Part shown: positions 47,438 through 56,714 of the stretch, piece after piece
Numbering within the stretch: the first letter of the stretch is position 1
How the letters are laid out: each line of letters opens with the position of its first letter
Source: Bdellovibrio sp.
Lineage (GTDB): Bacteria; Bdellovibrionota; Bdellovibrionia; Bdellovibrionales; Bdellovibrionaceae
Direction of reading: 5' to 3'
Length of the DNA: 64,000 nt
Assembly (NCBI GenBank): GCA_046318155.1
Contig: JBKCUU010000011.1
Location: 1-64,000, forward strand
Position numbers and translations under genes: made by a program
Notes under the pieces: generated by a model
The model's database searches: none
What the model was told of the DNA's origin: nothing
The model's input: the letters and a program-made list of their open reading frames with translations, nothing else

Positions 47438-48906
47438 TCTGGTTTGACTGTTTTTAGGTTCATCAAGGCTCGAAGAGATCTGATTTCTTCGAGCTTTTTG
47501 TTGTAAGGACCCCAATCATCTTGCTGATCAATCGGCGCCCAGAGGGCTTCGATCTCATCAATCAAAAGCGTCACGGGCGCGGCTCTTTGCAAGAGGGGGT
47601 GCTCACCTCGCTCGTGGCTGTCGATTGCAAATTTTTTGAGTTCATCGCAAAGCAAAAGACCCGCTTGAGTTCCCGTGTAGAGAGCGGCCTGCGGTGACAT
47701 CGGCCATGGGCCGGTGCCTTGATCCAAGGTGTTCCAGTTTCGACGGCAGCAATCAAAGAAGGTCTGCTCGTATTTGGTTGGCTGAGCCTCTTGAAAGTGG
47801 AAAAAGGCTCGAAGCAGGGTGTTATTCTCGTCAGTCGTGCGCGGTTTCAAGTTCAGCTTGTGCAAAAACATCAGCATCGTGCTGTCCGAAAAAATGTCGC
47901 CAAAATCGGCCAAAATTTCGGAGGTCGGGAGTTCGGGTACCAAGACTTCAAGGCTGCTCGCGAGCTGCTGGACAGCCCACAAGACCATTTGTGGTTGCCG
48001 GCCAAACGCGTACAGGCCTTGATGGTCAAAGTAAGCGGCCGTAAATCCCGGATCGTAGTGGGGGAGAAACCGGTAGGGCCCGTAATCAAAAGATTCGCCG
48101 GTGATGTTTAAATTATCCGTATTCAGAACGGCATGAACAAAGCCGGCAATCATCCACTGCGCTGTCAGGTGCGCCAATCGGTGGCTCACGTTCTTAAGAA
48201 ATTGAACGGCAAGCAGGCCCGTGTCTTCATTGGGATCTAGTTCGGTGATGAGGTGTCTGGCTGAATAGCGAAGTAGAGCTTCAAGTGCTGTCTTATTTTG
48301 AAAGTAGGCCAGGCGCTGAAAGGTGCCGATCCTGATGTGCGAGTGGCTAAACCTGGTCAGCACGGCCGATCGTGTGGGCGAGGGTTCATCGCCCCTGGTC
48401 AAGGGCTCACCCGTTTCAAAGAAGCAGAACGTGCGGCTGGTGTTGACGCCAACGGCCTCGAGAAGTTCCGTGGCCAATGATTCTCTGAAGGCCCCTTTAA
48501 GGGTCAGGCGGCCGTCGCCTCGCCGAGAGTAGGGTGTGGTGCCGGAGCCCTTGGTGCCAAAGTCCCAGAGTTTTCCTTGCCACTGCACCTGAGCGTACAA
48601 AAAGCCGCGTCCATCCCCCAGGTCAGGATTGTAATGTTGAAACTGATGCCCGTGGTAGCGAAGCGCGAGAGGCTTTGTAAGGCTTGAGGGAAACGGCTTA
48701 AATTCTTGAAACCGTTCTCTTTTTTGCGCCAGCTCTGGATACTCGGCCGTCCAGCCCATTTGATCGACAAGATCCTGATTCCAATACCGTAGGTGACTTT
48801 CAGGAAAGACAGCCGGCTTGACGGCATCATAGAATTCCGGCCCCAATTCGAGGAGATTTTTTGCAAGGAGGGCCTTTGTGTTGACAGAATCAGAGGGCTG
48901 GCTCAC
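47416..48906 (-). CDS. selO: Protein adenylyltransferase SelO (YdiU)
   Basis: YHGHQF...LGDGRG, KGSGTTPYSRRGDGR, FVHAVLNTDN, DYGPY. Confidence 0.93.
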   Translation of the reverse strand: MSQPSDSVNTKALLAKNLLELGPEFYDAVKPAVFPESHLRYWNQDLVDQMGWTAEYPELAQKRERFQEFKPFPSSLTKPLALRYHGHQFQHYNPDLGDGRGFLYAQVQWQGKLWDFGTKGSGTTPYSRRGDGRLTLKGAFRESLATELLEAVGVNTSRTFCFFETGEPLTRGDEPSPTRSAVLTRFSHSHIRIGTFQRLAYFQNKTALEALLRYSARHLITELDPNEDTGLLAVQFLKNVSHRLAHLTAQWMIAGFVHAVLNTDNLNITGESFDYGPYRFLPHYDPGFTAAYFDHQGLYAFGRQPQMVLWAVQQLASSLEVLVPELPTSEILADFGDIFSDSTMLMFLHKLNLKPRTTDENNTLLRAFFHFQEAQPTKYEQTFFDCCRRNWNTLDQGTGPWPMSPQAALYTGTQAGLLLCDELKKFAIDSHERGEHPLLQRAAPVTLLIDEIEALWAPIDQQDDWGPYNKKLEEIRSLRALMNLKTVKPDYFGPAI

Positions 48907-48917
48907 AAGTTTTGTCT

Positions 48918-49343
48918 ATGCGTCTCGTGCTCCAAAGCCAACTCAAAACTCGCGAAGACTCAAGCCTGCTTGATCGGCTTGGGATTTTCTTGTCGGCGCT
49001 TTGTATGCTTCACTGCCTGGTGACCCCATTTTTGATTTTGTCGCTGCCAATCATGGCCCGCTACTATCTTTTGCATCCTTACTTTCACTTTTTTATGGCG
49101 GCCGTTCTTTTGCCCTTGGGTCTTTTTGCCTTTGCCCGTGGCTACCGCTATCATCACAACAAGTGGGTTTGGATCTGGGGTCTGCCGGGTTTGTTTTTGG
49201 TGGTGATCAGTCCATTTATTTTGCACGAATATCAGGCACTGGGTCCCGAACCCCTATGGATTTCAGTCGGGAGTGTCTTGCTCGTCGCGGCCCATTGGAA
49301 GAACCAGCAGTCCTGCAATTGTGCCGTTCATCAACACCGCTAG
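48918..49343 (+). CDS. MerC-domain membrane protein
   Basis: LDRLGIFLSALCMLHC, HH loop, AAHWKN, C-terminal CNC..HQH. Confidence 0.82.
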   Translation: MRLVLQSQLKTREDSSLLDRLGIFLSALCMLHCLVTPFLILSLPIMARYYLLHPYFHFFMAAVLLPLGLFAFARGYRYHHNKWVWIWGLPGLFLVVISPFILHEYQALGPEPLWISVGSVLLVAAHWKNQQSCNCAVHQHR

Positions 49344-49344
49344 T

Positions 49345-49372
49345 TTTCATTTCACTTTCATTTGGTTTTCAT
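49345..49372 (+). promoter_or_regulatory. 11-bp-period TTTCAT direct repeats upstream of HiPIP
   Basis: TTTCAT at 49345, 49356 and 49367; 20/21 identical to 63346-63366 (reverse strand). Confidence 0.55.
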
Positions 49373-49407
49373 GAAAAATGGGGCTTCAACTTACTTGGAG
49401 GACCTTC

Positions 49408-49800
49408 ATGGATTCATCTCGTCGCGAATTTTTTAGAAAGACCCTGACCGTTGTGGGACTCGGTCTTGTTTTACCCACTCTACTCTCTCGTGTCGTTCAA
49501 GCCGAAGAGCGCCGCCGCTCACGCGATGCAGGTGCCAAGCCCGGCGAGCTTCCCATGGTGAAGCCCGGTGTTGGGATGGCCGTGAGTCTGAACTACGCCG
49601 AAAAGCACAGCGATATCAAAGACGCCAAGCTCAAGACGGAGCGTTCAGGGGTCCCTTTTGAGAAGCAGTACTGTAACAATTGTCTGCTCTATTCAAAAGA
49701 AAAGGGCGCTGGCGCCGCCGAAGTCGGAAAATGCCAGCTCTTTGCTGGTCAGCTCGTCAAAGGACAAGCTTGGTGCACCTCTTGGGCAAAAAAAGCCTAA
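49408..49800 (+). CDS. High-potential iron-sulfur protein (HiPIP), Tat-exported
   Basis: SRREFF Tat motif; CNNCLLY...CQLF...V...AWCTSW; GGAGG RBS. Confidence 0.88.
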   Translation: MDSSRREFFRKTLTVVGLGLVLPTLLSRVVQAEERRRSRDAGAKPGELPMVKPGVGMAVSLNYAEKHSDIKDAKLKTERSGVPFEKQYCNNCLLYSKEKGAGAAEVGKCQLFAGQLVKGQAWCTSWAKKA

Positions 49801-49813
49801 GGCCTCAAAAAAA

Positions 49814-51502
49814 CTACGCCGTTGGTTTGTCGCGCAAAGCACGGCGTAGGATTTTTCCGACATTGGTTTTTGGCAGTTCAGCTCTGAACTCGATCAACCG
49901 GGGAACTTTGTAATTCGTGAGCGTGCGTTTGGCGTGCGCAATCACATCATCGGCTTTGAGGCCGGGGTCTTTTTTGACCACAAAGGCCTTGACGACTTCG
50001 CCCGATTTATCATCCTCAATACCGATCACTGCAACCTCAAGAACGCCGGGGTGAGTTGCGATCGCATCTTCGACCTCATTGGGATAAACATTAAATCCCG
50101 AAACGATGATCATATCTTTTTTTCGGTCGACAATCTTGAAATAGCCTTTTTCGTTCATCATCGCGATATCGCCCGTTTTCAGCCAGCCGTCTTGCAGAGT
50201 TTTTGCGGTTTCTTCAGGACGTTGCCAGTACCCTTGCATGACCTGCGGGCCCTTGGCAAAAAGTTCGCCCTCTTGTCCCTGCGGGACTTCCTTGCCGTTG
50301 TCATCCATGATGGCCACGATTGTGGAGGGGAGCGGAAAGCCGATCGTGCCGACGATGTCTCCGCCCGCAATGGGATTGCAGCAGACAACGGGGCTGGCTT
50401 CGGTCAGGCCGTAGCCTTCGAACACAGGTGTGCCGGTCAATTGTTTCCAGCGATCGCTGACCGCTTTTTGCAAAGCCATGGCTCCAGCGACTGACATTTT
50501 TACTTTTTTGAAATCGATTTCTTTAAAGTCGGGATGGTTCATCAACCCATTGAAAAGAGTATTAACCCCGGTCATCACGGTAAAAGGAGTCGTGCGCAAA
50601 GTTTTTATAAAGGCGGGGATGTCGCGCGGGTTGGTGATCAAAACATTGTGTCCACCAAAACGCATGAAGGTCAGGCAATTCACGGTGAGCGAGAAGATGT
50701 GGTAAAGCGGCAAGGCGGTGATCACCACTTCGGCGCCGGGTTTTAACACAGGCTTCATCCACTCAACGATCTGCTGCATGTTGGCCATGATATTTCGGTG
50801 CGTAAGGACTGCGCCTTTTGAAAGGCCTGTGGTGCCTCCGGTGTATTGCAAAAAGGCGATGTCGTCGAGCGACAGATCAACGACCGAGTGCTTTGCTTTT
50901 GCGCCCAGCTCTAGAGCTGACTTCCAGCTGTAGGCTTGGGGGAGAGAGTAACTCGGGACCATTTTTTTCACGTACTTAACAACGGTGTTCACGAGCAAAT
51001 TTTTAGGAAAGGGGCACGCATCACCAATTTCGGTGATGACGACCGATTCAATGTGAGTGTCTTTGATGATCTCTTGGAGGTTGGCGGCGAAATTGGCTAA
51101 AATGACAATGGCCTTGGCGCCTGAATCTTTAAACTGATGGCGCATCTCGGTTGGTGTGTACAAAGGATTGGTGTTAACGACGATGAGGCCTGCCCGAATC
51201 GCCCCAAACAGAGCGACGGGAAACTGCAAGAGATTGGGCATTTGCAAGGCGATGCGATCGCCTTTCTTAAGCTTCAATTCATTCTGAAAGAAAGAAGCCA
51301 TGTGGGCAGACTGTCTTTCGAGATCACCAAAACTCAAAGTGACACCTAAGTTGGTAAAGCAAGGAGAGTCTTTGTAGGTGCGAACCGCTTCATCAAAAAC
51401 GGTCAGAATGGATTTGTAGGCCGAGAGATCGATCTCAGGGACGACGTTTGCGGGGTAGGATTTGAGCCAAACTTTTTGATTCGCAACGGGTGTTTCAAGC
51501 AT
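49814..51502 (-). CDS. fadD: Long-chain fatty acid-CoA ligase
   Basis: WLKSYP, YTGGTTGLSKG, GYGLTE, TGDI, PKTNVGKILRR. Confidence 0.95.
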   Translation of the reverse strand: MLETPVANQKVWLKSYPANVVPEIDLSAYKSILTVFDEAVRTYKDSPCFTNLGVTLSFGDLERQSAHMASFFQNELKLKKGDRIALQMPNLLQFPVALFGAIRAGLIVVNTNPLYTPTEMRHQFKDSGAKAIVILANFAANLQEIIKDTHIESVVITEIGDACPFPKNLLVNTVVKYVKKMVPSYSLPQAYSWKSALELGAKAKHSVVDLSLDDIAFLQYTGGTTGLSKGAVLTHRNIMANMQQIVEWMKPVLKPGAEVVITALPLYHIFSLTVNCLTFMRFGGHNVLITNPRDIPAFIKTLRTTPFTVMTGVNTLFNGLMNHPDFKEIDFKKVKMSVAGAMALQKAVSDRWKQLTGTPVFEGYGLTEASPVVCCNPIAGGDIVGTIGFPLPSTIVAIMDDNGKEVPQGQEGELFAKGPQVMQGYWQRPEETAKTLQDGWLKTGDIAMMNEKGYFKIVDRKKDMIIVSGFNVYPNEVEDAIATHPGVLEVAVIGIEDDKSGEVVKAFVVKKDPGLKADDVIAHAKRTLTNYKVPRLIEFRAELPKTNVGKILRRALRDKPTA

Positions 51503-51689
51503 GATGAACCTCTCAGATTTATTGAGGTTTTAGTTTGCATCAGGATTTGGGCGGCTGTCGAACAATTTGCCACTTCTAGAACGCTGTTATGGTTCTTTGC
51601 TGCCGAAGAAGGGCGTAACCACCTGAAATGAGAGCGCTTTTGTTTTGGCTCCGGGGCCCCGGCCTTGCTCTTAGCAGGGGGTGGAGGCC

Positions 51690-53042
51690 ATGATGAAAAA
51701 CTGGAAACTTGTGACACTCAGCCTGACCGTGATTCTTGGTACGGTCGCCTGCTCAAATCAGAAGGACTCCAAACCTGAAATCGGCCGCGCCGGAAATAGC
51801 ACCCCTGTACCTGCTGGGCCGAAAGCCAAAGCCACGGGTGAAAACACGCCCCAGGATGTTTTGGAACTTCTCAAGACTTTAGAAATGTCGCACCAAATGT
51901 TTCAGCAAGTTTGGTTTCATGTTTGGCCCCAAGGCCGTCAAGAGATTGAATCGCCCTTTTTCGCTCTCAAAAAGCGTTTGCTGCGTCACCAAAAGGGCAA
52001 TTCTGGCTGGGTCGAGACGTTTGAGCAGTGCCCCAGCTATGCCAGCAAGTTGACGATCCAAAAACAGACCATCGGTGGACGCGAGTTGATCTCGAAGCTG
52101 AAGTTGTCGCGAGTCTCTTGTCAAAACCGCGTGAGTTCTGATGTCGCTGAATTGACGTTTAAGCCCCAAGAAATTCTGATCAAAATGCATCGGGGTCACT
52201 TTCGCGATGGTTTTGGTCTCAGCCTTGAGACCGTGGGCGGGGTTGCTCAATGCCGGATTCTGCTCAATGCACAGAATAAAATGGAAAACTTAAAATGTGT
52301 GGGACTTGGTCAAAACCGGGAGTCCGAAACGCACGTTGTTTTTGACCATTTCGAGTACAGCCGCTCGTCACAAAAAATGATGATTATCCGTGGTTCAAAG
52401 TACCACAAGTTTCAAAAATCTTGCGAAGTTCCAGAGCCTCGTCCTTGCATTGACATCACTGTTCCCTTGGCTGGTGCGATCCGGATTTCTGAAAACTTGG
52501 TGCGCACGGAAGACCGCGAGCAGTACGAAAAAGAATTGCGCCGGATCGAGTTTGAAAACAAAAAAATCGAATCGGTTCAAGCTCAGGAACAAACGCGGCC
52601 TGCTAAGCCGGGAGCAAAACCCGGTCAAGCGCGGCCGACCTTTGGTCGCCCTGCACCCGAGCCTTTGGATGGCGAGATGACGGATACGCGCAACGCGCCC
52701 GGGTCTGCGAACGGTCTTCGTACCCGTCAGACTGGAGCTTCCGGAGCACCTGCTCAAACGGCGCCGACCGAGCAACCCGAGCCAAAGCCCATGAGTGAGC
52801 GTGAACTGCGCGACCGTTTGGGGCTCAGACCCGAAGAGCCCTTGCCGGAGTATGTGCGTCCCGTTGCTCCCGAAGCTTCGGTTGCATCTCCGGGCCAGAC
52901 CGTCGTTGACGCCGTCACCGGTCACCCAGTTGAGCCTGAGACTCTGTATACGTTGCCCGCAGAATTGAATCCCTCAGAACCCGCAACGCCGGAGGAGCAC
53001 GAAGCTGCGCCGGTTCAAGAGGGGCGAGAACAAATCCGCTAA
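51690..53042 (+). CDS. Hypothetical lipoprotein with Pro/Glu-rich disordered C-terminus
   Basis: GGAGG RBS; lipobox VAC; Cys pairs; low-complexity tail. Confidence 0.7.
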   Translation: MMKNWKLVTLSLTVILGTVACSNQKDSKPEIGRAGNSTPVPAGPKAKATGENTPQDVLELLKTLEMSHQMFQQVWFHVWPQGRQEIESPFFALKKRLLRHQKGNSGWVETFEQCPSYASKLTIQKQTIGGRELISKLKLSRVSCQNRVSSDVAELTFKPQEILIKMHRGHFRDGFGLSLETVGGVAQCRILLNAQNKMENLKCVGLGQNRESETHVVFDHFEYSRSSQKMMIIRGSKYHKFQKSCEVPEPRPCIDITVPLAGAIRISENLVRTEDREQYEKELRRIEFENKKIESVQAQEQTRPAKPGAKPGQARPTFGRPAPEPLDGEMTDTRNAPGSANGLRTRQTGASGAPAQTAPTEQPEPKPMSERELRDRLGLRPEEPLPEYVRPVAPEASVASPGQTVVDAVTGHPVEPETLYTLPAELNPSEPATPEEHEAAPVQEGREQIR

Positions 53043-53126
53043 TGCCACTTTGCAGCTTGCTGGGATTGATCCCTTGATTTGTCCGTGAAGATTGGATTCT
53101 CTAGGTCCTAGACCTCGGGAGGATCC

Positions 53127-53783
53127 ATGGCAAAAAAAGCAGTCAAAAAGACAAAGAAGAAAATCGCAAGAAAAACGACCAAAAAAGCAATCAAGACAGC
53201 GACTAAAAAAGCGACTAAAAAAAGCTCTTTAAAGGCGTTTCAGCAGCCAGCGAAGAAGACACTCGCAAAAAAAGCGGCTGCGCCTGCAAAAGGTCGCGTT
53301 GTGGGATCTTCGAAAGTCCAAGTGGGTGAAGTGGTTCCGTCCTTTACAGTGCCGGCGACTTCAGGTTCAGAATTTGATTTGCAAAAATTCAAAGGGAAAA
53401 ATGTTGTCCTTTATTTTTACCCCAAGGATGCGACGCCCGGTTGCACAATCCAGGGGCATGAGTTCACCAAACTTCTCCCGGAGTTTAAAAAAACAGGCAC
53501 CGAAGTTTTTGGCATCTCTCGCGATAGCATCAAGTCGCACGAAAAATTTAAGGCCAAAGAGTGTTACACCTTTGATCTTTTGAGCGATGAAGACGAAGCC
53601 TTGTGTCGTCTTTTTGGCGTCATGAAGGAAAAAAACATGTACGGCAAAAAAGTGTGGGGGGTTGAGCGCAGCACTTTTTTGATTGATCGCGAAGGCAGGC
53701 TTGCAGCCGAATGGCGCGGCGTTAAAGCCGAAGAAAATGCGCAAGAAGTCCTCAGCAAAGTTCAAAGTTTGTCTGTGACATGA
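53127..53783 (+). CDS. bcp: Peroxiredoxin Bcp with Lys/Ala-rich N-terminal extension
   Basis: YFYPKDATPGCT, GISRD, RSTFLID. Confidence 0.92.
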   Translation: MAKKAVKKTKKKIARKTTKKAIKTATKKATKKSSLKAFQQPAKKTLAKKAAAPAKGRVVGSSKVQVGEVVPSFTVPATSGSEFDLQKFKGKNVVLYFYPKDATPGCTIQGHEFTKLLPEFKKTGTEVFGISRDSIKSHEKFKAKECYTFDLLSDEDEALCRLFGVMKEKNMYGKKVWGVERSTFLIDREGRLAAEWRGVKAEENAQEVLSKVQSLSVT

Positions 53784-54457
53784 AAGTATATGATCTGACG
53801 CCCTTGATTGAGCCCGAGCTCGCCGTGTTTCCGGGCGATGTCGGTTACACGCGCGAAGTTTCAATGGACTTTAAGAGGGGACAGCACCTTTTGCTGTCGG
53901 CATTTCGAACCACCTTCCATCTTGGTGCTCACGCGGATTCAAGTTCGCACTACCACGCCCAGGGTGAAGGTATCGATAAGCGAGATCTGCAAAGTTATTG
54001 CGGATGCACGCAAGTGATCAAAGTTGCCGTTAAACGGGGAGAGAGGATTGGGGTTGCTCATTTAAACGATCGTCCCATTCTTGCTAAGCGAGTTCTGTTT
54101 TGCACGGGGACTTTTCCGAACCCGCGTGTTTGGAATTCTGATTTTGCGAGCCTGTCTCCAGAGCTTATCGAGTATTTAGATCATCAAGGTGTGCGCCTCG
54201 TCGGAATCGATACACCCAGTGTTGATCCCGAAACATCCAAGGGACTTGAGTCCCATCATGCACTTTATAAAACTCAGATGTCTGTTCTGGAAGGCATTGT
54301 TTTGGACGGAGTGCCCGAAAGCCTATACACGCTGGTGGCGCTTCCGCTGCCATTCAAAGATTCAGATGCTTCACCGGTACGCGCGCTGCTCTTTGAAAAG
54401 CCCGATTTGTTTTCAGAGCAAGCTTGGAGTGTGGTTCAAACGCGATCTTCTTGGTAA
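53780..54457 (+). CDS. kynB: Cyclase family / kynurenine formamidase
   Basis: FPGD, HLGAHAD, GIDTPSVD, DASPVRA. Confidence 0.8.
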   Translation: MKVYDLTPLIEPELAVFPGDVGYTREVSMDFKRGQHLLLSAFRTTFHLGAHADSSSHYHAQGEGIDKRDLQSYCGCTQVIKVAVKRGERIGVAHLNDRPILAKRVLFCTGTFPNPRVWNSDFASLSPELIEYLDHQGVRLVGIDTPSVDPETSKGLESHHALYKTQMSVLEGIVLDGVPESLYTLVALPLPFKDSDASPVRALLFEKPDLFSEQAWSVVQTRSSW

Positions 54458-54490
54458 GCCAAAGTTTACCAGGGTGCGCGCGGCGGCGGC

Positions 54491-54991
54491 TTAACTCTTT
54501 TCTTTTTCGCGAGTTCGGAGTGCCAGCAGGACCAAAAAATCCCCCAGATCAGAGCTGCATTGAAAAAAGAGGCCATGCCCCGACAGCGCGGATTTCGACA
54601 TCGCTAAGTTCTGACCGATGATGGCCGTCGGGAATGAAGGCTCAAAATCAAAACCATCTTCGTTGATGTCTTTTCGAGCGCTGGCGTAAACGATGTTTAA
54701 AATCTCACTGGCGGCATCCGCATTTTCGACTGTGATCTTGTCGATTTTTTCTCCCAGCATTTGCTCGATCAACTTGAAATAGGTTTTTTCAGGAAAGCCA
54801 ATTGAGAGCGATCCCGCATAGCCACTCGACTTCATCGGAAGCGTACTCAGGCAGTCGATCGAATAGAGCTCAGCGGTCTCTGGCTTCATACTGAGGTTGC
54901 GAACCTGAGCTTTTGTTGAGAGCTGGACGTGGAATGCATTCACGATTGATTTGTCAATATGGGCGGGGATCGCCTTAATTTTTCCGCTCAT
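54491..54991 (-). CDS. cheX: Chemotaxis phosphatase CheX
   Basis: GSLSIGFP, DAASEILN (ExxN), P.AIIG. Confidence 0.82.
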   Translation of the reverse strand: MSGKIKAIPAHIDKSIVNAFHVQLSTKAQVRNLSMKPETAELYSIDCLSTLPMKSSGYAGSLSIGFPEKTYFKLIEQMLGEKIDKITVENADAASEILNIVYASARKDINEDGFDFEPSFPTAIIGQNLAMSKSALSGHGLFFQCSSDLGDFLVLLALRTREKEKS

Positions 54992-55386
54992 TTTTCAGTT
55001 ACCTTTTTGTGGGCTTGCTCAAGCTTTTCCCGCAGCGTTTGCGTCGTAAACGGCTTGATAATGTAATTGGTGACGTCGAGTTGCAGTGCCGACAAGACCT
55101 GGTGCGATTCGGATTCGGCCGTCAGGAGGACAAAAGGCAATTTTGCAAAATTTTCGCTTGCCCGCACTCGCTTCAAAAGCTCGAAGCCTGTGCAGTTTGG
55201 CATGTTCCAATCCGAAATAACAAGCTCAATTGGTGGTGTGGATGAATTCAAAATTTCCCAACCTTGAAGGCCATCAATGCCATCCTGCACATCGGTAAAG
55301 CCAATGTCCTTTAGCGCTTTGACGACGATCTTTCGCATTGTCATCATGTCATCAAGAATGAGAATCCGTGTCGTGGGTGCAAACAT
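54988..55386 (-). CDS. cheY: CheY-like response regulator
   Basis: DDMMTMRKIV, SDWNMP, LTAE, KPFT. Confidence 0.85.
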   Translation of the reverse strand: MFAPTTRILILDDMMTMRKIVVKALKDIGFTDVQDGIDGLQGWEILNSSTPPIELVISDWNMPNCTGFELLKRVRASENFAKLPFVLLTAESESHQVLSALQLDVTNYIIKPFTTQTLREKLEQAHKKVTEK

Positions 55387-55605
55387 GTCGATCCTTCACT
55401 AGAGTTTCGGTGATCAAGAAAATCACTTGAGTCCGAAAATAGTGTGAAGTGTGTCGAAAAAAAAAACGAGACCTGATATTGCTAAGATTCTACGAAGACG
55501 ATGGAGAGCGACCCACGATGGCGAGGGTCATGTTAGACTCAGAGAAACAGTTGTCTGAGGTTTGAGATGATAGAGCTCGCGTCATTTGCCGCCTAGACCA
55601 AGGGA

Positions 55606-56484
55606 CTAGTGGATCGTTTGCTGAATCCAGTCGTACATCGCCGGGATCGAAGTGTAGACGCCTTGTTGGACGCAAGGACCGTCACCCCAACTTGTCGCAC
55701 CAACCAATGTGAGTTGATTGCCCTCGACCATGTAGGCAGGACCACCAGAGTCGCCCGAGCAAGCCGTTTGACCATTCGTCACCTTGTAAGCGAACTGCAC
55801 GGGATTTAGAGCGGCATTGTCGACGGTCACTTCTGTTTTGCGAAGTTCATTTGATGCAATGGGAAAGGGAGCTCCCCGAGTCACGCCGTAACCAGCAAGA
55901 ACCAGCTTAAGTCCTGCAACGAGGCGAGCGGGTGAGTCCAAAAGTTTTGCGGCTTTGTAGCCAGCAGGGATGGACGAGTTCAAACGGATAATCGCGATAT
56001 CGTAAAACGCGACACCGTTGCCTGCTTTTTCGAGAGCATCCTCAGCCATCACGTAATCGGGGTGAACGGTTGCGGATTTCAGCTCGATCCACTGCGTGCG
56101 CGAATCATCAATCGATTTGACCAACTTTAATCCGAGACCAATTCGCAGATTCGGTAAAAGTTGATCGACGGTGAGGTCAAACATTTTGGCGACGTCAGCC
56201 AGGCAGTGAGCGGCCGTGACAAGAGTGTCGCTCGCGATGATCGTGGCCGTGCAAAAATTTTCAACACGTGTGGAGTCCGGAAATTTTAAATACAGAGCAA
56301 CGGTTGATTTTGAAATCACGTCATCCGCGGTCACGATTCTACCATTGACAATCGTTGTCGTTGCATCAGGGCTTGCAAGCTCGATGGAGCGAGCAGTTTG
56401 ACCTTCAGGACTGCACCCAAGCGCAGTCAAAACTGAAAGGCTTGCCACGGTGATTTTGAGTAGTTCGATCAAATTTGCTTTCAT
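55606..56484 (-). CDS. Trypsin-like (S1A) serine protease lipoprotein
   Basis: Lipobox LGC; IVNG, TAAHC, DIAII, GDSGGP; start moved to ATG 56484. Confidence 0.92.
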   Translation of the reverse strand: MKANLIELLKITVASLSVLTALGCSPEGQTARSIELASPDATTTIVNGRIVTADDVISKSTVALYLKFPDSTRVENFCTATIIASDTLVTAAHCLADVAKMFDLTVDQLLPNLRIGLGLKLVKSIDDSRTQWIELKSATVHPDYVMAEDALEKAGNGVAFYDIAIIRLNSSIPAGYKAAKLLDSPARLVAGLKLVLAGYGVTRGAPFPIASNELRKTEVTVDNAALNPVQFAYKVTNGQTACSGDSGGPAYMVEGNQLTLVGATSWGDGPCVQQGVYTSIPAMYDWIQQTIH

Positions 56485-56714
56485 TGGTTCCCCCCGGCGA
56501 AAAGCTGCTGGTTGTTTCCAACGAATCACGCCGCTGTGCAAATCACATTTTGTTATCTGGCACATAAGTGATCTCCCAAAGGATGGCGCTAAGTAATAGA
56601 TTTAATTGGCATTTGTGTTAAATTTCCGGACTCTTTAAAAAATGTAACGCGTCGCAATATTTGCTGTTTGAGGGCGTGTTCAAGGGGCTCGCGGCCTGGT
56701 GACTTGGAACAGAA

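Noticed and set aside
54491..55386. cheY-cheX pair as a novel system
   Set aside because: Ordinary arrangement outside main chemotaxis clusters.
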